DNA of 47,674 nucleotides from a virus, in IMG/VR virus record IMGVR_UViG_3300037589_000077, positions 1 through 47,674 of that record; one strand, given 5' to 3'. The notes below the pieces were generated by a model. The model saw nothing but the letters and a program-made list of their open reading frames with translations, was not told the DNA's origin and ran no database searches. Numbering within the stretch: position 1 is the first letter of the stretch; each line of letters begins with the position of its first letter. Made by a program: the position numbers and the translations under genes. Of the stretch, positions 41,156 to 47,674 are shown one piece after another.

Positions 41156-41917
41156 ATGACTCTGCCCGAGCACATCGACGACCCGATGCCCTCCCGCGTA
41201 CTCGCTCGAGTTCGAGCGCGCGAGGTGCACGAGAGCGCGCTGGTGGGCTTGCCATCACCCGAGGCGGCAGCGGCGACGCATCCGAAGAAGCGCGACCCGC
41301 TCGACAGGTACTACTCGAAGCCGTGGCACGTGCTCGCGCTGCTCGAGGAGCTGCGCCGCATGGGTGTGGTGCTGCCGGCTGGGGGGCTGCTCCTGGAGCC
41401 GTTCGCGGGGCGTGAGCTCGCGCTGGCGCGTGGGCTCGAGGCGTCGGGGTTCGAGGTGTCTACGGCCGACATCGACGCGGGCGCGCCGGTCGACTGGGCG
41501 GGGTGTGCGTGGGAGCGCGACTGGTCGGAGCTGGCGGCGCGAGCGTGTGGTGTCGTCACGAACACGCCGTACAACGCGCGCGTGGGCGGGGTGCGTCGGA
41601 CGGCGGCGCAGGCCGTCGACCTGATGCAGTCTTGGGGGACGCCGTTCGTGGCGTGCCTGATGCGCAGTTCGTTCGCCGAGGCGTGCCGTGACCGTGAGCA
41701 CCTGGTCTCCGGGGTTGGCGCGCCGGTGCTCGAGCTCGACGTCGGGCGTGTGTCGTTCACGGGCAAGAAGCGGTCGGACTCGTCGACGACGGCGTGGTTC
41801 GTGTGGGCGCGTCCCGGGCCGTTGAGGTGGTCGACCTGGCGCAAGGTCTCGCTGACGAAGGCCGAGCGCGAGGAGTACTCGAAGGCGTGGGACAAGATGG
41901 CGAAGGGGGCGGCGTGA
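41156..41917 (+). CDS. SAM-dependent DNA methyltransferase (orphan, candidate)
   Basis: Motif I-like LLLEPFAGRELALARGLEASGFEVSTADID and motif IV-like VVTNTPYN (NPPY variant). No adjacent restriction gene. Confidence 0.5.
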   Translation: MTLPEHIDDPMPSRVLARVRAREVHESALVGLPSPEAAAATHPKKRDPLDRYYSKPWHVLALLEELRRMGVVLPAGGLLLEPFAGRELALARGLEASGFEVSTADIDAGAPVDWAGCAWERDWSELAARACGVVTNTPYNARVGGVRRTAAQAVDLMQSWGTPFVACLMRSSFAEACRDREHLVSGVGAPVLELDVGRVSFTGKKRSDSSTTAWFVWARPGPLRWSTWRKVSLTKAEREEYSKAWDKMAKGAA

Positions 41918-42213
41918 ACACCTCGACCCCGACGCCGCGCCAGCGCGCGATCGACACGCTCGAGGAGCTGCGCCCGCGGCTCTATCGCCTGGGCGCCGAC
42001 AACGTGCGCGCGTGGTACCCGATCGGGCTGGCGCCGGTGATGACCGCGGAATGCCCGGGCGGGGTGCGCGTGGAGGTGTCCTGGCACGAGGGCGAGGCGG
42101 CGCCGTGGGCGGTCAGGCGGACGGTGGGAGAGTCGGCTGTGAGCGAGCGGACCTTCGGCGCGCTTTGGGAGGCGTTGGAGTGGCTGGGGCGAGAGCTGGG
42201 GGAGGGGTCGTGA
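41914..42213 (+). CDS. hypothetical protein
   Basis: GTGA overlap. 99 aa. Confidence 0.45.
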   Translation: MNTSTPTPRQRAIDTLEELRPRLYRLGADNVRAWYPIGLAPVMTAECPGGVRVEVSWHEGEAAPWAVRRTVGESAVSERTFGALWEALEWLGRELGEGS

Positions 42214-42647
42214 CGAGAGACGAGCTCGTGGTGGCGCACGCGGTGGTGAGGATCCCACGCGTTGTGAGCATGGCACGCGTCGAGGGGATCGCGATCGGGT
42301 TGCAGTACGGTGCGTTCGGCGGCCTCATCATCGCCTACCTGACTCAGGACGTGGTCGCGATGGTGTGTGCGTTGTGCCTCATGGTCGTCATCGATTTGAC
42401 GCGTCGATGGCTTGCGCGGCGCGTCATGGTCGCGCTCGAAGGCGCCGACCGTGCGAGGGCTGCGCTGATCATGGCGCCGTGTGTGGTCTGTCGTGACGAG
42501 CGGGCGAGGTGGACGGACCGCCCCGAACAACAGGCGTGGGTGTGCGACTACTGCTGCAACCGGCTGGAGTACGACGAGGGGGCCACCCCCACAAAAGCAC
42601 ACATCGACCTCGCGCGGGTGCGCGAGGCGAACAACGAGGAGGAGTAG
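42210..42647 (+). CDS. membrane protein with a C-terminal zinc ribbon (CVVC...CDYCC)
   Basis: GTGA overlap. Two hydrophobic segments followed by a Cys cluster. Confidence 0.45.
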   Translation: MTRDELVVAHAVVRIPRVVSMARVEGIAIGLQYGAFGGLIIAYLTQDVVAMVCALCLMVVIDLTRRWLARRVMVALEGADRARAALIMAPCVVCRDERARWTDRPEQQAWVCDYCCNRLEYDEGATPTKAHIDLARVREANNEEE

Positions 42648-42911
42648 ATGGGACGCAAGATCGAGCAGGATTACGTGGTCAAGGCGGCAAGCGCAGGCTC
42701 GGACGAGCCGACGGTGGTGCACCTGGAGCGGTCGCTGACGGAGTACGGCGCCGAACGTTGGCGAGACGAACTCAGCGTGAACCTGGACGCGTGGCCCGAG
42801 GCCGACACCGTGCTCAGGCAGCACGCTCGGGTGCGCGTGACGATCGAGGTGCTGTCCGAGGCGGAGCTCGGCGAGGCGATCGTCGGGAACCTCGCCGATG
42901 TCAGCGACTGA
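42648..42911 (+). CDS. hypothetical protein
   Basis: ATG immediately after the upstream stop. 87 aa. Confidence 0.45.
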   Translation: MGRKIEQDYVVKAASAGSDEPTVVHLERSLTEYGAERWRDELSVNLDAWPEADTVLRQHARVRVTIEVLSEAELGEAIVGNLADVSD

Positions 42912-43652
42912 GTGAGCCTGTGGCGCGAATGGGCGTGGTGGCGCGACCTCTTGCAGGTCAACGAGCGCCGCGCTTGGGGCGTCCAGTCGGCCAGCGAGTA
43001 CCGGCGCGTGGGCCGCCAGCGGGCGGCCGAAGGGGCGCGCGCCACGGGGACTCCACGCGGAGCTCCGGAGCAACCAGCCGCCGAGGTGGAGCATGTGAGC
43101 GAAGAGGATGACGTGGCGCGCGGGGACACAACGACGGGGTGTAGCCAACCTTCCCCACCCCGCGCGCCGCCTGCCCAGTTCGAGGAAGACGAGAGAGGAG
43201 AGGAGAGGACCATGCTCGAGATCATCACAGGGCGTCCGCTGGGCGCGCCACCGGCCGTGCACACCGCCCCCGAGTGGGGGAGGTGGTACGTCATCATCCA
43301 CGCCGAGGACGGCGCCGAGGGTCGCGAGCACTACGTCGTGGTGATGCGCAGGGGGGACAACGGGCGCGCCCAGCCCTACGGCAGGGCGCACCGGATGGGT
43401 TCGTTCATGCAGGCCATGCTCCAGGCGACGAACCAGGCGATGGACCGGGCGGCGATGACCGTCCAGCTCGCCGAGCTCGTGGCGTGGTGCTACCGGCGCG
43501 CGGGGCTCGACGAGTACCCGGCCAGGCTCGCCGGGCTCGTCGCCCAGGCGGGGCATGTGCCAGCCGTCCTGGCGAGGGTCGCGCGCCGGGAGGACGAGGA
43601 GTTCGAGCTGGTCGTGAGCGTGCGCCGGCGGCGAGAGGGGGTGGTGGCGTGA
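42912..43652 (+). CDS. hypothetical protein (alternative start at 43212)
   Basis: GTG-start ORF. The first ~100 aa are low complexity. A strong RBS (GAGAGGAGAGGAGAGG) precedes the in-frame ATG at 43212. Confidence 0.4.
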   Translation: MSLWREWAWWRDLLQVNERRAWGVQSASEYRRVGRQRAAEGARATGTPRGAPEQPAAEVEHVSEEDDVARGDTTTGCSQPSPPRAPPAQFEEDERGEERTMLEIITGRPLGAPPAVHTAPEWGRWYVIIHAEDGAEGREHYVVVMRRGDNGRAQPYGRAHRMGSFMQAMLQATNQAMDRAAMTVQLAELVAWCYRRAGLDEYPARLAGLVAQAGHVPAVLARVARREDEEFELVVSVRRRREGVVA

Positions 43653-43936
43653 GTGAATTCGTGAACGTGGTGCTGTGGGTCGTGGTGGTGCCGGGGGTGG
43701 TGGCGGTGTTGATGAACGTGCTGAGTGGTCGGCGAGACCGCGTCGAGCAGCGTCTCTACATCTGGTGCGAGTGCGGCAACGAGCTCGTGGGTTCGAGCTC
43801 GTTCGTCTCAGACACGTACGAAGACGATGGCAACCACGTCCGGTACCTGTGCACCTCCTGCGGCGCGCGCTCCGACTACGACTTCGACATTTGCATGTCT
43901 CCGATTCGACGCAGCTACGAGCCGGGAGAGGAGTGA
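43649..43936 (+). CDS. small TM + zinc-ribbon protein (CEC...CTSC)
   Basis: GTGA overlap. N-terminus VVLWVVVVPGVVAVLMNVL. Confidence 0.45.
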   Translation: MSEFVNVVLWVVVVPGVVAVLMNVLSGRRDRVEQRLYIWCECGNELVGSSSFVSDTYEDDGNHVRYLCTSCGARSDYDFDICMSPIRRSYEPGEE

Positions 43937-44061
43937 TGGCGGGCGAGACTTACGCTTTGGATTTCGTGCTAAAGACGTTGCATTTGGCGCTGGTGATGCT
44001 GGTGATGCTGGGCATTGTAGGGTTGGTGTGGCTGGCGGTTGACATGCAGAGGGGGGAGTGA
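43936..44061 (+). CDS. 41-aa single-TM peptide (uncertain)
   Basis: ATG overlaps the upstream TGA. LHLALVMLVMLGIVGLVWLAV. AT-richer patch. Confidence 0.3.
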   Translation: MAGETYALDFVLKTLHLALVMLVMLGIVGLVWLAVDMQRGE

Positions 44062-44867
44062 TGGCGGTGTTTGTCGAAAACAGGTGTGCGGTGGATCGGG
44101 ACGAGCTGCGCGAGGCGATGCGCTTCGAGCTCGAGGCCGACGACCCGAGCTGGCCGCGCATCGAGGAGCTGCTGATGCGCATGCGGTCGCGTGTGCAGGG
44201 TCCGCACGACGACCTCGAGCGCGAGGCGTACCAGGACCTCTACGCCAACGCGCGCGCCCAGGTCGCCGCGTGGATGGTCACCAGGCGGCGCACACGCGCG
44301 GTGCTCGAGCGCGTGCTCGAGCTGCGCGCGCAGGTGCCCGAGGAGCGCGAGCTCGTGGTGGGTCAGGTGGCTGGAGTGGACTGGGCCGTTGCGGGTGCGG
44401 CGGGTGCGGCGGCAACGCCGCCTGCGGGCGCCATCGGCAGCTACATCGACGACTTCGGGCGTGTGCCGCCTGAGGCATGGCGCGAAGGCGTCATTGAGCG
44501 AGGGGCCCACCCGTCCTGTCGGACCGTGCTCAGCGCTCAGGACTTCGACGCGCGCATGAGGGAGGTGGGGGTGCCCTGGGAAGCTGGCGCCGAGCTGCCC
44601 GCGCCAGGCTGGGTGTTCCATCAGGGCATGGCCGCGCCGCTCGAGTACTTCGGGCCCGTCGCCCCCGTGGCCCTCGACGAGCGGCCCGCGGCGCAGTCCC
44701 ACCCGGACTTCGCCGGCGCGGCCGCAGGATGGGGTCCGGGGTACTGGATCTCGGACGATCTGCTCCGCGTCCACGGTGCCGCCGCGCCCGCGCACGCGAT
44801 CTTCGACAGTATGCGCCTGGCGTACTGGATCCCCGAGGCTCCACCGGAGGCACGCGCCGATGGGTGA
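44058..44867 (+). CDS. hypothetical protein
   Basis: 269-aa ORF. The start (GTG 44058 or ATG 44061) overlaps the upstream stop. Confidence 0.5.
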   Translation: MMAVFVENRCAVDRDELREAMRFELEADDPSWPRIEELLMRMRSRVQGPHDDLEREAYQDLYANARAQVAAWMVTRRRTRAVLERVLELRAQVPEERELVVGQVAGVDWAVAGAAGAAATPPAGAIGSYIDDFGRVPPEAWREGVIERGAHPSCRTVLSAQDFDARMREVGVPWEAGAELPAPGWVFHQGMAAPLEYFGPVAPVALDERPAAQSHPDFAGAAAGWGPGYWISDDLLRVHGAAAPAHAIFDSMRLAYWIPEAPPEARADG

Positions 44868-45129
44868 GGTCATCAACATCGCGACCGGCGAGAGCGCGCA
44901 GTACCTCGGGCTGACCGAGGGCAACCTCATCGACATCCTCGCAGGTGAGCCCGTGTGGGTCGACCACCTCGAGGGGCGGGCCGCCGGCGACCAGTTCGGC
45001 GTCGTGCTTCGGGGTCGCGAGTTCGTCTTCAGGGTGCTCGAGCGCGTGCCCAGACCCGGGGGCGTGGACCTGATGAGCGTGCGGGTGATCGGGGAATACC
45101 TGGGTGAGGGCGACGAGGGCGAGGGTTGA
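44860..45129 (+). CDS. hypothetical protein
   Basis: ATG at 44860 overlaps the upstream gene end by 8 nt. 89 aa. Confidence 0.45.
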   Translation: MGEVINIATGESAQYLGLTEGNLIDILAGEPVWVDHLEGRAAGDQFGVVLRGREFVFRVLERVPRPGGVDLMSVRVIGEYLGEGDEGEG

Positions 45130-45130
45130 G

Positions 45131-45664
45131 ATGGTGGTGACGGCGCAGCGACACGAGGAGGACGGGTGGGAGTGGAAGAGCGCGAAGGACGCGGCGGCGC
45201 GCTATGTCGCTCTCGCCGAGCGGCTGCCCGGCGCGGTCCAGGCCCAGGACCCGGCGAGGGCGGCGGCGCCCTCACCGACCACGGCGACCTCGCACGTGCC
45301 CTCCTCGCTGCTCGCGCTCGACGAGCGCCGGGAGCTGCGCCAGGTGTTCGGAGCCGCGCACGTCGCGCTGCTGGTCGAGCGCCCCGAGGTCGGCCACTCC
45401 TGGTGGTCGTGTTGGCTGGCCGTGCGACTCGAGGGCGCGAGCGCGTGCGACAGGGAGGCGACGGGGTACTCGCGCGCGAGGGTCTTCGAGGTGCTGCGCG
45501 AGGTCGACGCCTACGTTCTGCTCGCGATGGCCGAGCACCAGGCGCGCGAGACGAGCGTGAGCGAGGAGATGGACGCCAGGCTCAACGCGACCCCGCGCCC
45601 GCGCGTGGGGTACGCCGAGGCCGAGGTGATGCCCTGGGACGAAGGCGAGGAGGCGGGCGGGTGA
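45131..45664 (+). CDS. hypothetical protein
   Basis: ATG at 45131, 2 nt after the upstream stop. 177 aa. Confidence 0.5.
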   Translation: MVVTAQRHEEDGWEWKSAKDAAARYVALAERLPGAVQAQDPARAAAPSPTTATSHVPSSLLALDERRELRQVFGAAHVALLVERPEVGHSWWSCWLAVRLEGASACDREATGYSRARVFEVLREVDAYVLLAMAEHQARETSVSEEMDARLNATPRPRVGYAEAEVMPWDEGEEAGG

Positions 45665-45987
45665 GTGAGCAGGCGCCGAGCAAGCTCGAGGTGTACGTGA
45701 GCGCGAGGCTACGCGGTGAGGCCGACGGCGAGGCCGCGCGGCTGGCCGGCTACTCCGGGCGTCCCCCCAGGCGCGCGCGCGACGTCGCGGCCAAGGCCGA
45801 GCTCCTCGCCGAGCAGGGCCGGGACATGGCGGGGATGTTCGCGGGCAAGGTCGCCAAGGCGCGCGCCGCGCTGCGCGTCGCGCTCGAGTGGGAGCAGGCG
45901 AGCCGGCTCGTAGCGGCATGCGTCCGATCAGGAGACGCGGCCTCAGATGGAGTCCAGCCGGTCGAGGATGAGGGTACATGCGGGTGA
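45661..45987 (+). CDS. small protein with a terminase-small-subunit-like N-terminal HTH
   Basis: GTGA overlap. LEVYVSARLRGEADGEAARLAGYSGRPP parallels FVFEYVKDFNGAAAARRAGYAAKSA of the adjacent terS. Confidence 0.45.
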   Translation: MSEQAPSKLEVYVSARLRGEADGEAARLAGYSGRPPRRARDVAAKAELLAEQGRDMAGMFAGKVAKARAALRVALEWEQASRLVAACVRSGDAASDGVQPVEDEGTCG

Positions 45988-46044
45988 GCGGCACGGCGCC
46001 GATGCGATTTTGGCGCCGATCCCCCTACGGGTAGAGAGGTGGTC

Positions 46045-46659
46045 ATGGTCGAGGACGGGTCAAACGAGGGCGTCGAGGAGCTGCTGGCGAAGCTGTCGCC
46101 GAAGTGGCGCGCGTTCGTGTTCGAGTACGTCAAGGACTTCAACGGCGCGGCCGCGGCCCGGCGCGCGGGCTACGCCGCAAAGTCGGCGCGGAACACGGCG
46201 TGGAAGCTGCTGCGGGACCCGGGGGTCAAGGCGGCCATCGAGGCCCACCTCGATGAGTACGCGATGAGCGCGGCCGAGTGCGTCAAGCACCTCGCGGACT
46301 GGGGGCGTGGGACGATGGGTCCGTTCCTCGACGATCACGGCCACACCGACCTGACGAGTGAGAAGGCCAAGGCCCACATCAAGCTCGTCAAGAAGATCAC
46401 CGAGACGCGACGCTACATCAAGGACGAGGACGGCGAAGACGTCCTCGAGGTCAAGCTCGCCCTCGAGCTCCACGACGCCAAGGACGCGGTCAAGGAGACG
46501 CTGCGCATGCACGGCAAGATCGTGGACAGGGTCGAGGTCGGCGTGGACGCCGACGCCGCCACGATCGCCGCGCTGCTGGGTGTGCGCCTGGAGGACGATG
46601 GCGGGGACGATGGCGAGGACCTCGAGGGCTTCGACGACGAGCTCGGGCTCGGGGACTGA
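46045..46659 (+). CDS. terS: terminase small subunit
   Basis: ATG 5 nt after GAGAGG. WRAFVFEYVKDFNGAAAARRAGYAAKSARNTAWKLLRDPGVKAAIEA is a Terminase_2-type HTH. Directly upstream of terL. Confidence 0.75.
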   Translation: MVEDGSNEGVEELLAKLSPKWRAFVFEYVKDFNGAAAARRAGYAAKSARNTAWKLLRDPGVKAAIEAHLDEYAMSAAECVKHLADWGRGTMGPFLDDHGHTDLTSEKAKAHIKLVKKITETRRYIKDEDGEDVLEVKLALELHDAKDAVKETLRMHGKIVDRVEVGVDADAATIAALLGVRLEDDGGDDGEDLEGFDDELGLGD

Positions 46660-46664
46660 CCCGG

Positions 46665-47674
46665 ATGGTCGCCGCGCTCGACCGCGTGCCTGCCCCCGTG
46701 CAGGACGTCTTCAAGAAGTACCTGCGCCCCTACCAGCGCGCGTTCCTCGAGGACCGCTCGCCGCGCAAGATCGTCTTGAAGTCCCGGCGCATCGGGATGA
46801 GCGAGGTGGTGCTCGTCGAGGCGCTGCTGCTCGCGCTCATGACGCCCTACCACGACGTCTACCTGTGCTCGACGAGCTACACCAACGCCAAGGAGTTGCT
46901 CCGGCGCCTGTACCGCTGGCTCGACGCCTTCGAGCGCGCGGGGCTCAACGTCGGGGTCGCCTCGCGCAAGAAGACCGAGCTCGAGCTGGGGAACGGCTCG
47001 CGCATCATCCCGTTCCCGGCGATGTCGGTCCGCGGGCGCACGGGCACGGTGATCCTCGACGAGTTCGCTTTCTACCAGCACGACCGGGACATCTGGGCGG
47101 GCGTGGCGCCGGTCGCAGACACCGACCCGAGCTTCCGCATCGTCATCATCTCCACGCCGTTCGGCGCCAGCGGGATGTTCCACGACCTGTGGGTCGACCC
47201 GGAGGGCGTGCACGGCGATTGGTCGCGCCACGAGATCGACATCTACCGGGCCGCGGACCTGGGCTTCCCGGTCGCCCCCGAGAAGCTCAAGGCGAAGTAC
47301 CCGACCGACATCTGGGAGCAGGAGTTCTGCTGCCGGTTCCTCTCGGACATCAACCAGTACTTCTCCCACGACCTCATCCGGCGTGCGCAGTACGACCCGG
47401 ACGACCTCAAAAAACTGCTCGCCGGCGGCGCGTACCGCCGGGGCCTGGGCGTCGACCTGGCGTCGTCTCGCGACGGCTCGGTCGCCGCCGAAGCCTACGG
47501 CGAGCGCGAGACCTCGAAGTTCCTGGGCGCCGAGTACCACACGCTCAAACCCGTGGGTGAGGCGCGCGACTACGCCGACCAGTTCGACGACGTCGTGGGC
47601 GTCATCGACGGGGCCGCCGGCGGGTTCGCCCGCGTGGGCGTCGACGGCATCGGCGAGGGCAAGCAGCTCGGCCA
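46665..47674 (+). CDS. terL: terminase large subunit, N-terminal part (open to the window end; continues at 128..446 through the circular junction)
   Basis: My own translation from ATG 46665: MVAALDRVPAPVQDVFKKYLRPYQRAFLEDRSPRKIVLKSRRIGMSEVV...GTVILDEFAF...IVIISTPFG. This gives a Walker A-like SRRIGMS, a Walker B ILDE and a coupling motif. There is no stop before 47674, so it is absent from the ORF track. Confidence 0.85.
   Translation, partial: MVAALDRVPAPVQDVFKKYLRPYQRAFLEDRSPRKIVLKSRRIGMSEVVLVEALLLALMTPYHDVYLCSTSYTNAKELLRRLYRWLDAFERAGLNVGVASRKKTELELGNGSRIIPFPAMSVRGRTGTVILDEFAFYQHDRDIWAGVAPVADTDPSFRIVIISTPFGASGMFHDLWVDPEGVHGDWSRHEIDIYRAADLGFPVAPEKLKAKYPTDIWEQEFCCRFLSDINQYFSHDLIRRAQYDPDDLKKLLAGGAYRRGLGVDLASSRDGSVAAEAYGERETSKFLGAEYHTLKPVGEARDYADQFDDVVGVIDGAAGGFARVGVDGIGEGKQLG
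47548..47674. repeat. 127-bp terminal direct repeat, identical to 1..127
   Basis: Direct comparison with the window start. Confidence 0.95.

Noticed and set aside
1-47674. Integrase, excisionase or transposase genes, tRNA or tmRNA genes, toxin-antitoxin pairs, reverse transcriptase/DGR, and known multi-gene defence loci.
   Set aside because: I scanned all supplied translations for the hallmark motifs (R..H..R..Y recombinase, DDE, YxDD, and others) and found none. Absence is by eye only and needs profile searches.

Overview
The window is a high-GC sequence of 47,674 nt whose first 127 nt (1..127) are identical to its last 127 nt (47548..47674). It therefore reads as one closed, circular or circularly permuted element of about 47,547 bp, and the large terminase gene runs across the junction.

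The gene content is that of a contractile-tailed (myovirus-type) temperate phage.

- **Plus strand, 46.0 kb through the junction to 25.2 kb:** terS, terL, portal, scaffold, major capsid and head-completion genes. These are followed by sheath, tube, a G/GT tail chaperone with a canonical G_GGA_AAG -1 slippery site, and the tape measure. Then come a gpD-like hub, a spike candidate, the gp25/W, J and I baseplate genes, a fibre, two LamG-like paralogues, and a lysis block rich in membrane proteins with an SLT-type endolysin.
- **Minus strand, 35.6 kb down to 25.2 kb:** a leftward early operon. It includes a 775-aa ParB-domain protein, several small zinc-ribbon proteins and a DHDLG receiver-like protein.
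- **Plus strand, 35.9 to 46.0 kb:** XRE-family repressor, ParA, a ParB-like protein, two winged-helix proteins (the second is a putative replication initiator with internal iterons), an orphan methyltransferase and small unknown genes.

I saw no integrase, tRNA, rRNA, CRISPR array or transposase. Absence of an integrase together with parA/parB and an iteron origin suggests a plasmid-prophage (phage-plasmid) lifestyle.

The backbone is interrupted by visibly AT-richer patches. The most interesting are:

- A tandem pair of paralogous zinc-ribbon + DUF4145-like genes (25781..27362, minus strand) with their own promoter-like and operator-like signals. This is my top candidate for an undescribed phage-borne conflict or exclusion module.
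- A lipoprotein moron with a Cys-rich tail inserted in the baseplate module (13979..14620).

All domain calls come from reading motifs in the supplied translations. No database search was run, so family names are hypotheses to be confirmed.
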